DNA of 64,000 bases, from assembly GCA_905178155.1 (NCBI GenBank), contig CAJINV010000007.1, positions 2,089,151-2,153,150 of the forward strand, written 5' to 3'. The first letter of the stretch is position 1; each line of letters starts with the position of its first letter. Shown piece by piece: positions 1-13,700 of this stretch. The stretch comes from Amoebophrya sp. A120. Taxonomy: Eukaryota > Protista > Dinoflagellata. A model generated the notes under the pieces. That model did not search any database. It worked only from the letters and a program-made list of their open reading frames with translations, and had not been told where the DNA came from. The translations under genes were made by a program, and so were the position numbers.

Positions 1-1397
1 AATCCTCCCAAGTTGTAAGGAGCTGGCGCCTGGGTGCTGAGGGTTCCTGTGCTAGTAGTAATAAATTTTCTCAAGAGGTGGACATCAAGCACAGGGTAGA
101 ATAGATACAACTACGCTCGGGGGTACCGTTCTTTTCCATTTGGGGACTATTCGTACTTTTAAAGTCTGACGCTCTTACAGTATAGTTCTAGGGGGTAAGC
201 ATTTGTAGTGCTAAAAATGATTGACCTGAAAATTCTGGTGGATGTCATGTAAAATTAAAGTTGCTATTTTTTTCCTACTGTAACTGTTTTGCTTTTTTTT
301 GTTTTTTTACTTTTAGTTTTGTGGTTCCTTTGCGAAATTTCATATGATGATGTAATGCTCTACTGATATTGCTGTAGGTTTCTTAACTCTTCAACGTGCA
401 CGATTTAGTTGTGTAAAAAAATCAAAAAAATGAAAGCGGAAAAAAAATCGACGTGTGATATGAATGCAGTAATACTTTTGATGGTTTGTGATTATGCGTA
501 CATGGTTAGAAATAGAATGAAAAGCAAAAAAACAAAATGATTTATACTGAGGCTTTCTTGGCTTAAAATGAAATACTTGAGAAAGTAAAAGTTGTAGAAT
601 GGCCGTAGATACTATGACGAAACTTGATCCGTCCCTTGGTCTGGAATTCTTGTTCTTGATTCCTGCGTAGCCCTAACCTTACAGAAGAAAAGAAGAGTCA
701 AGTCGTCTGTTTACTATAGTAAGTCGTCGAGTCGAAGTTCTTGCGGCTTCCTATTCGGTAGAGTTTTGTGTTTTGATGATTAATATTGCCCCCTTGCCCT
801 TTCGTACAGGAGTGCTGTTCTACTGTATCGTGATGAGGACCGGCAGCGCGGCATCGTAAATAGGCGAGCAGGAGAAGTGGTGCGTCTAGATCGAAGAGCC
901 GCGAGCAAGAGAAGTGCGTCTACATCGAAGAGCAAGCTCCTGTCCAGACGCAACTGATCGAACGCTGCTCCATCTATCAGAAACTCCTGCTGCCTGCAGC
1001 TCCGCTAAGTACCACATCTCGTAGCACCGAAAGAGCGCGGCCGGACAATTATCTTCCGTCAATATCTTCTTGCCTCTAGAAAATGCAACTACCGGCCATG
1101 TTTCGTAAAAGTAGAGAATTAGTGGTGTGACGCAATAATTGGTTTTGTTTGTGATAAGTACTGGAAAAAATCTGAAAGAGTTGAGAAATGTATCGTATGT
1201 TGTTGTGAACGTTTTGAACAAGGTAGATCATAATAAATCATGAGTGTGCAATACGGCAAAAAAAAGATTATAAGCGAATTCGAATTTGTGATAAGTGACG
1301 TTCGTGAGTTCTTTGTGTGTACTGACTTTTTCGCTTAAAAAACAGTTCTGGATCGGCGTCGTGCAAGGAAAAGTCATTCCCCATCGTCCCCACCTGT

Positions 1398-4300
1398 TCA
1401 CCACTTCATCATCTTGCCCTTTCCCTTGCCCTTGCCTTTCGATCCCTTCAAACCTCCCTTCGACCCACCTTTTCCACCCTTCATCATGCCGCCGGAGGCC
1501 TTGCCCTTGCCCATCGACATCATCTTTCCGCCCTTTCCTCCCTTGAAGGGCGGAGGCCCACCAAACGCAGGTCCTCCGTGGTACCCGCCGCCGCCCGATC
1601 CCGACGAGACCTTCGCCACAAACAAAAGCAGTCCAACGGTGATGATGCCCAAGACCACGATGACCACGATTAACACAGCGTGGTCGTGGTCGTAATCGTC
1701 GTCGTGGTTGTGCACTTCGGTCACGTCGGCGGGCCCAGGAACGCAGTCGCTTTCCTCCGTGGCGCTCGTCGCAGCACCGTCGTCTCCATCCCGTTTTAAG
1801 GACGACGACCTCCCGACCGGACACATTTTGCAGCTCGCCTGGCCCACCGTGTCTTGGTAGGTTCCGTCGGGACAGGGGATGCACCCGGTATTGTCCGAGT
1901 CCGCGCCGTATGGATTGTAAAAATGTCTGGGTCTGGAAACTTGTGATGCTGGGTGGCGTCTCATGATGAGGCTACAAATACTGGCTCAGCATGAAAAGTT
2001 TCTGAGCTCCTAGGTCTTGCCTATTCTGCATGACAAACTGCGCTTCTGCATCACTGAAAAACGGAGCTCTTGGGTAACGTGCATGACAGATTTAAGAGTC
2101 ATGCCAGACAAGCATGACAAACTTGAATTTTTCCAGACCCAGACATTTTTGCATTTGATACGCTGGTACTGAACACTCCACGGTACGGCTGGTAGTGTCC
2201 AACCGGGCAACGTTCGCACGCAATATCAAAAGGAAAAATCCCCCCGCCCCATATCAAATGGGAAGTCTGTGATGCAGGATTTGCGTACACAAATGCGCGC
2301 TGTGTTGCAATACGGCATGGCAGCCAGATCCGCAGCCTAGGGCGGGGCATTTTGGTCTACTAGTTGCTTAGCATTACAAACGGCTGTCCTATAGGCCCAA
2401 CAGCATGCCAAACCGCTCCCATAATGGCAGGGAAGCCTCTGCGTTTGTCTTCTTGCAAGACAGACGTAATTTGTGGTCTCAAATCAGCAAGACAAATTTT
2501 CGGAAGCATGCCTTTTCGATATGGGGAGGGAGGACATTTCCTCTCAATACGCAAAGCTCGTTGTCGTTGTTTTCAGAACCCCCACGTCACCCGGGTCGCA
2601 CATGCAGTTGGTCGCATCCGTCGGGCACGTGTAGCACTTCCCGGCCAGCATCTTCTTGCCGGTGGCGCACGCTTGGACAACGTTACTGATCTCATTCTGC
2701 AAAGTCGTTTTAGCGTTGTCAATATCCTCCTTCAACCCACACCGTCGAAACTTCGCGATCAAAGCCTCCAGCGTCGGGTGCTGCACGCCCGTTATCATGT
2801 GTAAAAACGTCTCCCCCCCATGCTTGTGATGCCAATGATGTACCTTCAAAAAATCAATGTCTCCTATGCGCAGACCCACTAGCACCAGCGCTTTCTCGAG
2901 ACAAAAAATATGGAGAAATTTGTCGCGCTCCAATCAAGATCGGCAAGAAACTCGATCCGTGTTCTGAAGCGACTGCCCTAGGCAACCCTCACTACACTGG
3001 ATTGTACCCGAAGAAGTAGTTCTCATGCACAAACTTCTATCTTGGCTTGCCCTCTACTTCCTCTAGCAAAACTGCAACCTTGACTATCATGGAATGTTTT
3101 TGTTCTCGAAAAGGCCACATTTTTTGGGGGAGACGTTGTTGCTCGGGATATCCGTACAGCCGGAATCGATGTACTCCTTCCCCTATCCGCTGCAAAAATA
3201 TCGCGCTCTTATCAATTCCAATTGCAGTCATGCATTACAGATCTGGTTTGCTACGATCCAGTTCAGCATCACAAACGGAAATCTAATGTCCGCTCTCATC
3301 TCTTCTGAAAAATATTGCAACGCAATATCTACCAGCGCGATACTTTTCCGATGCGTATCACTTTGTCGTAGCACTCGTTACCCGCAACGCAATCGAACCG
3401 GCCCTCGTCCAAGCAGGCGCTGGTGCCAAGGGTGGCGCCATTGTACACATCGGAAAACCCAGGATAGCTCTTCGCTCCGAGCGGTGCCGACTCTTGCAGC
3501 TGCAGCGGTTCCGGGATTTTATTGTTCGGCACCTTCACCCGAAACGAATCACCCAAGCCAATCGTGGGGAGGGTCGGGGAGCTCCGAGACCGAGAATTTT
3601 CGCAGTTGGCGCCGGCAAACAGCTGGTACCCAAAAAGGCCTCGGGCTGCCACGTCGTTAGCAGGCTTTCGTTTCATGCTGACGCTAAAATCAGCGACAAT
3701 CGTACGGGGGAACGCAGCAGCCTTTACATAGCCGCCCATAAGATATGGATTATTGGCTGCGTAAGCGGTCCCGGCAATATCCGTTCCAGAAGTAGTGAAA
3801 TCAAAGGTCGACTTAGGTGAAGCGGGGTAAGCAAAAGGTGTCGAGCAATCTTCGTCGTCGTAGAAGTGTGCCACGAGATCCAGCCCGGCATCGGTGACCG
3901 TGGCGCCCTGCGTGTACGCTCCGCCATTTTCAACAACCTGGAAGTACTTATCTTTCAAAACGAACGTTATCCACGTGTTCGTCGGATCACACCCAGCATC
4001 CGTCACCGAGACGTCGGTGGTTTCGAGACACAAATGGATCGCGATGTCGTTCCACGCGATGCAGTGTGGCACAGCTGAGATCCGCTGAAGATCCTTGATC
4101 AGCGCATCCTCGTACTGCGACTTTTTATTGCGAATTGTCGTAGCCATACCGAAGTTCAGCGTCACTGCCTCGTCCTGCGCTGCCGCCACGCCTGCCAGAT
4201 AAATTTTGTCATACACGAGGAGAGCGGTCTCATCGAACGCGGCCGCCGCAGAATACGAAGCTGTGACTGAAGCGGCGCCTGTTGCCGCTACGATGTTTAG

Positions 4301-5719
4301 GGTACTATAATCTGAAATCATAGCCGAATTTAGACCATCCGCCAGCGTCTGCGGTGTAGACATCCCTCGGAGCTTGGCCTTCAACTCTGGCATAAAATGG
4401 TTATTGTCTACCGCGTTCACGAAGGAATGAATCTGCATACAGCGGTCGTCCTCGGCGAGTTTTTCGTTCAGCAACAACTCGCCCTTCGCGCTGTCGAAGT
4501 AACCGCTCCCTAAAACCGTGACTGCAATATCCTGCTCCATCGTCAGGCGCTGCTCTTCTATCGGGGCAAGGAAGTTGATCACTTCGGCAGCGTGGTGATG
4601 GCAAGTCGCAACATCCATCACCGTCAGCGCATCTTCCCGACAAACCTGGGTGCGCTGGCTTCGCTGAGAAGCGATGCGCGGAAGAACGTAGTCGTACTGG
4701 TAGGCCGGCCCCCCCATATTCAGAATCGCCGCAGTTCCCAAGTACGAACACCCGAGCGGCAGAATATCCGAATGAACGAGCGCAGCAGCGGCGGCCCCGC
4801 CGACAAAAGTACCGCAAGTGGCCGCGTCAAAGACCTGCTTAGCCGGATCACATCTCTTCGGACCTGGAAGCTTGCGATAACCCACAGTGGGGGACCCGAC
4901 TTGTTGTGTCGCGTATTGATAGCAGATTGCGTAGTCGTATTCATCGTTCTGGCTGAATGATGCACCTGCGCGAAACTGCGTCTCCCCGGAAGTCGGGTTG
5001 TACCGGGCGAAGATGTTTTTGCTCGTGGCCTGGTCGCCCACGACCAAGGTCGAGAGAAAATTCGCCTGGGCAAGAAATCCAAAGCAGTCGGCTGTTGCCG
5101 CACTCTGAAGCAAAGCAGCGCCGTCAATAGCAGGAACGCGGGAAACCTCCAGGCCGGTTTCGCAATCGCTGCCGTAGGGGAGAACCTCCAACGGAACACT
5201 CAGTGAAACAGTGCTTGGAGAGCTGCACGTGCGACTGCGGTGACAGACGGCGTGCTGATACAGCTGCATCGTCGCCGCCGACGCTGCATTTACGAGCACA
5301 ATTTTGCTCGTGCGGGCGTCGATACGCACCGAAAAAGTTGCGGGCACAGTTAACGTGTCCTCAGCATGTGGCTCGATTCCGCGGAGTACGCTGGTGGTTC
5401 CGGAAACTTCGTCGTACAGTGCCGTAGAGCAGCTGCTCAGTACCTTCTGCAAATCCAAGTGCTGTCGCGCAAGCACCGTCGCGCTCCCCGCAACTTCCAC
5501 TTCAAACTTGTTGGCACAAGGCCGCCCAGGAGGAAGGATTTCGTAGGCACCACCCTCACACACCTGAGACCGCAAGCAGACAGAAAATTCCCCCGCCAAC
5601 GGATCGGCGCGCTTGGAAATGGAGTACCGGAACTCCCGTTCCTTGGTCGCTGGCGCTACAGGGCTTAACAATAGTAAACCTGAAAACTGCAGGACGCGTG
5701 GCTGCTGCTTTAGCTGCAT
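1398..5719 (-). CDS. 3' part (1064 codons after removing 4 introners) of a large Cys-rich type-I membrane/surface protein with TNFR/ephrin-receptor-like CPxGxYQ repeats, one TM helix and a Gly/Lys-rich tail
   Basis: ORF 3329-5719, a micro-exon at 3151-3183, and ORFs 2544-2933, 2099-2350 and 1398-1964 join in frame on removing 179+363+331+257 nt (4322-1130=3192 nt). Motifs CERCPVGHYQ and CIPCPDGTYQDTVGQASCKMCP; TM AVLIVVIVVLGIITVGLLLFV; tail GGKGGK...GKGKGK. Confidence 0.8.
1909..2160. mobile_element. Introner, family A (252 bp)
   Basis: Ends TATGGATTGTAAAAATGTCTGGGTCTGGAA ... TTCCAGACCCAGACATTTTTGCATTTGATA. Flanks CGCCG/CGCTG. Removing 257 nt gives STS-ADSDNTGC in frame. Confidence 0.9.
2224..2549. 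mobile_element. Introner, family D (326 bp)
   Basis: Ends TATCAAAAGGAAAAATCCCCCC ... GGGAGGACATTTCCTCTCAATA. Perfect direct repeat CGCAA. Join SFA-CERCP. Interior homologous to 17140-17530. Confidence 0.9.
2793..3150. mobile_element. Introner, family C (358 bp)
   Basis: Ends TATCATGTGTAAAAACGTCTCCCCC ... GGGGGAGACGTTGTTGCTCGGGATA. Repeat CCCGT/TCCGT. Join is in frame (DSGCT-x-VQHP). Confidence 0.85.
3184..3357. mobile_element. Introner, family B (174 bp); can also be read as GT-AG
   Basis: Ends TATCCGCTGCAAAAATATCGCGCT ... AGCGCGATACTTTTCCGATGCGTA. Repeat TCCCC/TCACT. Removing 179 nt restores the frame. Confidence 0.8.
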
Positions 5720-7114
5720 AGCGACAACGGTGAATCGATCGCTCTTTTACTAACTAAGTACAGCAGGCATGCTAGACCTTAAGCGCGGGCGCCCTGGATG
5801 TCCACAGGTCTAGGAAGAAACATCTATGCTAGGTAGACCAAAGGGCCATGTTCAAACTCCTGCCCTGTTTGGTAGTGCCCTCAAACTAAATCGCCATCAT
5901 GCCAGTGCCGCGAGCTGGCGTGCGCGGGCGTGATTTTTGTGAAATCACATGCTGGCACCCACCAAGAAAATGCCAGATGAGTGATAGGCAATTTGCTCAA
6001 AGGCGCACCAGCCGAACGCCAAGAAATACAAGCAACCCACAAGGGTGGCGCCTATCGATCCTTCCTGGGAAGGAACAAGGCCACCATGCCCATGCGCCTT
6101 GCTATAATTGGGTGGGCAGGCAGCAAAGCGGCCGCCACATTGGGAAAGGAAACCGGGGGCACACGGGAAGTGGGCGTGGGCGCGGGGGGGCCAAAAAGAA
6201 AAAGAAAGGGAGGGCGCGCAAACCCACCCCAAGGAAACTGGGGCCGGGGCCCGCCGGGACCTGTTTCGGGTTTACCAAATAAAACAAGAAGCCTGCGGCC
6301 ACGCCGAGACACGGCAAGCGAACCGCTAGCGCCACCGTTTTTGGCACTTTCTTTCTCTTTGGCGTTTCTATAAATATATAATTGAATTTGCCCAACTTTG
6401 CCGGAGGACTTGATTGCACAGTTAGCAGTTTTGGCTTTGGGCGGCCGCGGTCACTTTCCTGGTCGCGGGCGTCCCAAAAGAATCGAAGTAGCCGCGCGTC
6501 TGCCTTGGGAGCTGCTCGCAAATTGCAAACTGCCCGGAAGCCTCGCCCCCCAGGGTTGGGGTGGCCGTGGCCCCGGGCTTTCGTTGTACTGCTCCGAGCT
6601 GCTGTTCCAGGGCGCCCGCCACGCAGGCGCCCTGGAGTATGTCAGTGCGCTCTGCCTCTCGCCTCCTGCCTCTTGTTTCTCGCCCTTGCAGGCGTTATAC
6701 TTCTAGCACCTGGCGCCGTCGTTTCCTAGTCTACTTCCATGCATGCCTCGCATGCTACGAACTAAGAGAAAACGCTGAAGGAGCAGGTTTGGCCATGTAG
6801 CGACCACCCTCTTGGGATCGAATTCGACTACTTCCCTCTGAATGGCGGCTAGCCAGATCACGAAAAACCGAGTGACCATGGGAACTCTGCGGAGCGCGAG
6901 AACAAAACACACATCGAAGCAAGCCAAAGCCGGTGCCGGCGAGGCACCGTCTACAGCACTCTAAGCACCTCGACTAGTACATATCTGCTGTGCTTCTGTA
7001 TGCGCGCTTGATGGGTTTCGGTTTTGTGTGTTGAAGTACCCCCCGCATTGTACATAGGGTTGGTTTTTTCCTCACGACCTTTTTCTTGTCTTTCCCCCTA
7101 GGCGAGCGCTTTGT

Positions 7115-10100
7115 TCAACTAATCAGACTCATGAAAAAAGAATATAGGTGGACGTAGCCAGTGCTTGCATCTGCGTGCCAAGTAGAACAACGATGAATCC
7201 ACCGATGAAAAATGCACATCCACGTCCTCCACCTCATTGATATTCGTATTCCAGCTAGGTCAGTCGTGCATCCCCGTTGCTTTTCGGTCGTGGCAGTGGT
7301 AGTAGAAGTACCAGTAGTACGGTACTCAAGTGTGCTGGCTGTTTGCCCGAGTCGCAATCCGAAGAGAGTTTCAGCGGACGAGGCCGGGATGTCGATTCCG
7401 TAAAGCGGACCGTTTTGCGGCGCTAGGCCATCGACCACAAACTCGCTCGTCCCACCGCCGGTCGCGGTGGTCGCGCACGCACTTTGTGCAATGTGGAATC
7501 CGGTAGCGCACGCGGACTCGTGGTGCAGAATTTCAAACGTTGGACCCTCTGCAACAGCCGCTCGGCACAGCGGTCTGTATGTTTCTGCAGCAGCTAGGGG
7601 AAAATCAGTATTACCCGATTGGTCAGCGATTATCTCCGTTGATCCGATCCGCCACGCACTCCCAGTAGACTGCAGTGCGACCAATGACGAGGCCTGCTTT
7701 TGATAACAGCCTTTGTACGTAAAGCCACTAGTTAGGCCAATATGACGACGAAAACGCGACGGTGCACCCTTCCCCACCTAGCCATACAAGTATGGTCAGG
7801 CAAACGGCCGCTCGACAGGCGGCTGGTACACACTTGCTTTCTAGTTTTCAAGGACTGTGCTGACACTGCTTCATTCATAGCGCACATCCTCCAAGTCAAA
7901 CTACTAGAGCCAGCAATGCACGACATAGACATTGCAAGGCATGCGAATAGGCATTATAAATTCATCGGAGCGGACCGACGCAGTCCCAAATGGGCATCCT
8001 CCTAGGTTTTGTGCCTGAGTCTGCAAAATGGATTTGCTGTCAAAAACAAGCCTCTCAAATTGATTGGGGCAACAAGTGCTTCTAAGGTCTAAGAGAACCC
8101 CACAATTTGATTTATTGAAAGAGATAGAAGGACCACAAAGCGGCTACTATGGGGGTGAAGTAATTCATATTTATATAGTATATAAATATGAATTACTTCA
8201 CCGTGCCGCCCAAAGAGATAACAAATACAAACTACGAGCCGAGCAGCCCGAGTCGATGGATGAGAATCGACGGGGCGAATAAATGTACAACTTATCTAAA
8301 TCTATGTTGTTTGATTTTGACCTACTCATATCTTGGCCCAGCTTGACAAAGGTGGGCACATACGCGTTTTCACGTCGATACGCCCCAAGACCCGCCACAG
8401 TGGATGCGCCGAAAACCCGCATCGTGCCACCCGCGGAGACAAAGTTATTGGCTGTGCACTCCTTGTCCTGAACATGAAAGCCGACCTGGCACTGCGGGAC
8501 TTGGTATGCCCCTTCAAGAGCATCACCACCAGAAGTCCTTGCCGTGTAAGGAAGAAGCGAAACTCGACCGTCGTCGGACAGAGGTTCCCGCAGGCAAAGG
8601 GTGTGGGTCGTGGACGCCTGCGTCAAAGATCCCTCGGAAGCAATTGACGCTGCAATACCAGAAGGGCCGAATCGGACCTTGTAATCGACCGAGGCCTATG
8701 AAATGCGAGCTCTCTGGATCTTCTGAGACAGAAACACTGCAACGGGCGTCTGGGACTGGGTCCGCGTCCGCCTTCGTGCTCTTGCATTATTTTTATTCTG
8801 GTGGTGCGCGCATTGCTCTGATTCTGATGTGACCCTGCAAAGGTGGCTGGCCCAGAGTGGCCCTGCCCGCGAAAGATGAATAAGCTAAGACGCGTTCGGG
8901 CCGAAGGATTTAGCCCGAGAAGAGTGCTGCACTAAGCAGAAGGGCTCACAAGCACCGCTTGACTTCAGAAACAACGGTCGGCACCGCTTCTGTAGTCAAG
9001 ACTTTGTTTTGTAAGCCGGTCCGCGGGAAAAAACGTTATCGCAACCGAAATCGACACTCCTGTCGCTGTCGTATCTTTCGGGCGAGCGAGGCGAAAATCC
9101 TGCAGACCAGCAGCAGGCCCCAGAAGAAAAACTGAAACTTGCATCTACTCGCCCAGTGCCAGCCCTCGACACGAGTGCAATTTGTGAGCACACCGAACCA
9201 CGGCCCGGTCGTCGAAGGCTACGCGCCCCTGGGCTTTCGCATCCATCAAGTCCTACTGTCTGAAGGCAACGACAATTCGTCGATTGGACACCCAAACGGC
9301 CATACCCATACGCTGGAGCACTTCCGGTGTCCTTTCGCGTTCCAAGAGGGATGCCGGGGCCCCCGACGAATTCGGGTCCGCCTCGACCGTGGACGCAAGA
9401 GCGCTAGCGCCGGAGGAAAAGACCGATGACTGGCAAGGCCTCGGCTCTGCTGAATCTCGGAGTTCATAAATATTTGTAAGATGATCTCGACTTTGCGCCA
9501 CGCCCTCACGCACGGACGTCTGCGCCTGCCCCCGAAGCCGAACCCGATAAGTTGTTTCCGTAATAAAACCTCTCGAAGTTGCTCCCAGGAACTTTCTCGA
9601 CCCCCGAGTGGAACCATCGGCTCGCAAACTTTCTCGACCCTCATTGGCTCGCGAAGCCCTAAATTTTCTGGGTCGCAAGGACCGCCGTCGGGGATGTCCG
9701 GGGCCTTCGGGGAAAACCCAGGCGGGTCCCAAAGAAAAGCTCCTGGCTCAGCCCCGAAGGCTCGTAGTCACAAAAGGTCCCGGGTCTGCGGGTCCTTGTC
9801 TTTCCAAACGGCCAGGCCATCTATGGCCAGCTTCGAGGTCGTATCTATATATGTCATTGACATCGCTTTCGGTTTTATGTTCCTATTTCGAGGTAATAAT
9901 AGATAACTTGGCGGATAACTTGACAAGCCACGGTAGTCCATGCTTGCCGAACTTTCTTTGCCATTTGTCCTTTCCGCGCTGGCACTCTGACGCAATTTCA
10001 ACAAGAGGAACGGAGGTCCTATTAATTGATCAATCAGACCTCCAGCTCCACCATTCTTGAAGATGATCTATTTTGTCTTAATAATTGATCCTCTAGCAAT

Positions 10101-10732
10101 TTTGTTTCATGTCGATCCAGACGTGCATGCAGTGCATAGTGACAAGAAACACGCATTGTAATTCTCGTTAGGAGAAAGAGTTTCTGTCGTGAACGGCAAA
10201 TGAAGATTCTCAATCGCGGATTTCTATCAGGTACAAATCTGCATGTCTGTAGTCAACATGGAAGTAGGAGCGACGCAGACTAGATGATGTTTTTTTTTGC
10301 CCATCAACATCATCCGCCCAGAAAAAAAATACTGGCTTTTCATGCAAGTAGGTCGTGAAAAAAACACGCGGTCAGATTTACTGGTCTTCTTCGTCCTCTT
10401 CTGGGCCAATTAATTTATTAATGTCGGCGGACGAGCATGAATAAATATAAAATGCCGCTCCTAGTACTTTCACTTGACTATCGCAATGCAGTCCCCCTGC
10501 ATAGAGGAACAGTGAGCTTCAGATCGCTGCACACCTTCGCAGCGTACTCACACGTTGCCGCGTCAAGTATGGGCCACAGTTGTTGAGAAACGGCAGTCGT
10601 CTGTTTGCCGCAAGCGTGGTTACTTGGTTTGATTGCGAAAGTGTGTTCACAGGGATGGTCTGCAGCGATTTGAAGGAGCCCACTTGCCCCTGGCACCATC
10701 AATGCCACCAAAATTGCCTCTGCAGCTCGCAT
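7115..10732 (-). CDS. Probable 5' exons of the same surface-protein gene (signal-peptide-like start at 10732); exon structure unresolved
   Basis: ORF 10478-10732 starts MRAAEAILVALMVPGASG. ORFs 8198-8626 and 7115-7777 have a similar Cys/Ala/Gly-rich composition. Splicing was not reconstructed. Confidence 0.4.
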
Positions 10733-13700
10733 TTCGTGTCCGCCTGCTGGATTTTTCCGACTGTTGTGCCAGTACGCCGAGCAGCAAATACGGCAGGTTT
10801 TTCCGTTGCGATCAATCTAGGGTGAAAAGCATCGCTTGCTTCTGGAGCAGTCGACGAACTAGTGGTCTTCTCTGGATATGACACAGAAAAATGCTTTAGC
10901 AAGCGTTCAACATAATATCTGGGAAGATACATCAGTGATTTCCAGTACCCAGCGCAGATACCGAATGCGAAGAAAGAGCCGCGCGGTGTGCTTTGTTTTT
11001 GGTGCACCTGTTGTTGTGGTCCTACAACAGGACGTCGTAAAAGTAAAAGCATCTTTCAACACCGCGCTGCTTCTACAAGCGCTGTCAATATACACAACTC
11101 AAGGTGTTGGTCACACGAAAGTATGTGAAAGAACAAGAAGATCACATTCACATTCACGGCACGTCTTGACTGCATGACATTTTTTACCCTTTGCAAGCAT
11201 TTTTGTGTGCGATATGGTGTCCTAGTTCTTGGCCGCCTTCGCCTTGTTCCTGCTATTTAGCAAACAACCAAGTTCGTCGGAGCAAAAAGTCGCTCAGAAC
11301 AGTGTTATCCGGAGTAAACACGTCCCAAACCCCAGAGTTGTCAGTGTCAACATGCAGATTTACAACTCCGTCAACATTCGTAATGCGCATCCCCATGAGC
11401 TGGTACTGGTTTCATGCATGTCTAATGGTGTGTTGGCACTTGCGCTGCTTTAAACCAGACAAGCAGAGGACTTTGTGACGCGGGTGTGTTTGTCATGCTG
11501 CACTACACTACACTCCCATACTAGAAATTTGGCTTGCAGCCTGCCTCCTTGCTGCAGAGTTCCCAACTTGACTATGGGATCGGGACTGTTATACACGGCA
11601 TAAATCTGCTCCCTCGCTGGAGTAAACAGAAGTTGAGTCCTCACTGCCCGGTTGTACGACCGCTTCGGATTCGCTCCAATGAGACGTATAGTTTTTGTAA
11701 GTAGTAAACACAGACACGCTGGGTTTGCGAAGAGTTACAACTGAACAGACACGCACTTTACGAAGTTGCAACTTGTCTTAAAGTGGTCAAATGGAAAACA
11801 ACAAAAGTTGATAAACGGGGAGAAAGATTTTGTGAAAAGGGAAAGCAACGGGCTGCATTCTCTGTCTTTTATTTAAGATTATCAATTTTAGTCAACGTTA
11901 TCTGTTCAAACAACAAGAATCCTTTATTCAAAAAGATGACACTCAATGCGACATACTGTTCCAGACCCCGGGTTCCTTGGTTTTTGTGGCACTCACATTG
12001 ACATTCACCCGTGTGTGTGAGTGCCAACGGCAATGATTGTTATCCCCTTTCTTCTTATCGTTATTCTTAATGTTAATTTTTTTTATTTTCCCTATTACAT
12101 TTAGCCTAGCTAATATAAAATTCAAGATAATTACGAAAGCAGGGCGAGGTGCCTTCCTGCCTGTCGAACAAGACAGCCCGTTCGCTTTCTCGCCTCTAGA
12201 GCTCCCGAACGCGCGCACTAACGGCAGCTGCGTAGCAGGTTGAGGTCTGCGGGCGTTGTGGGAAGTTGAGCCGGCGCGGAGAAGCGCCCCTACTGGTCTC
12301 ATTTTTGATGAGATGAATAAAAAAAGCCCTATTTTGAACGAATTAAGCCTTGGGCACGACGCACATTTTCTGTTATTCTCGTACCCAATCAGAGCAGACG
12401 CCGCGTGCCGCAGCGACAAAAACTCAGCGTCTACTCGGTGCGCCAGAGAGATGGGCGGGGTCCTCAGGGCTGGGTCGTGCCTCGCAGTCTGCTGCTGCGT
12501 GCCACACCACAGTGGAGGAGGAAGCGTATTTCTTTTTCTTTCATCGCAAATTCTGGAATTTTCACACGAACGAAGAGCAACATAGCTGCGAACGATACCG
12601 ACCCATTTCTCCCTGCTGTCTTGGGCAACGACTAAAATAACCGATTGATGTGGACTTGCGAAATTGTACGAGCGGCAGCTTCATTGCAGAAACGACAACA
12701 ATCAGAGGTCGTGATTACAGACTTTCCGTGTGAGAGAGTGCTTACATACTTACACGAAGTGGTAGGCCTGTACGACAAAAGGCCGCGAGAGCGAATTCAT
12801 CTGTTCACTTCCTTTATGTTTTTCCGGACGACTACTAGGACGACGGAATACGAAAATCTGGCAGCAATCACAATTGGTTTGCACGAGTAGTTTGCCTTTG
12901 CTGTTATGATTGCTACTGCACAAAATATCAAACCACCTCTTCAGGAAGAAGAGACGGCGCACGAACTTGCATACTTTTTCCAAGCGGTTCACAGCGCGGC
13001 GTGGAGCCTCGAAGGTACGATTGAACTACCGGTTTCTACTATATTTTCCTCGAGGAAACACGTGGTGGAAGAGTGACCACAAATTGACGAAGCGCAAGCG
13101 TGGTCGCATTGACGAACACGAATACAAGAATTACTAGCACAACTAAAAAACGATGACAACAAATAACCTTTCAACCGAGGACGCCACACATCAATTAATG
13201 GAAGAAACGTCCATGACACACCGAAATTATCGGAGGAAGATCTGCACGATAACGATATCTACCAAAAGAGGAGACGCTTTACGGTCCTCTTTTCGCAGCT
13301 CGTCTGATGAAACCGACGGTGCATCTACTACACGTCGTACTTTCTTTCTTTCTCCATGCAAACCACGATGAAAGCAACTACGTATGAGCGATGTAGTACT
13401 ACACTTTGCTTTTGCTCGTAGTTCTGGGGACAGAAGCGGAAACAGAAACTGCGACTTCCGCACCTCCAGCATAGGCATCTTCTGAACAGAAGCAAGAACA
13501 GGACTTACACTTGCGCACAAGAAGCGGCTGGCAGCGGCTCGAACTATGGAATGTGTTTCATGTAAAAAATCATCGTAAAGATAATATCTGTAGCGACGCT
13601 CCGGGCGGGGTTACCACATTCGAAATCTAAACAAATTCGACGTCTGACGCAGTCATGGAAAAACTTTAGAAGACTGTAGCTGGAAGGAAACGGGTACTCG

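Noticed and set aside
1914-2152. Shorter 239-nt intron boundary using a 3-bp ATT repeat
   Set aside because: It is also in frame, but the sister copy at 48527 restores ABCA motif spacing only with the 252+5 boundary, and both copies share sequence out to TAT/ATA.
2010-2219. Short ORFs sharing CKNVWVWK or FQTQTFLH peptides (also near 16.2, 48.4-49.5 and 54.7 kb) as a peptide gene family
   Set aside because: They are translations of the family A terminal inverted repeat.
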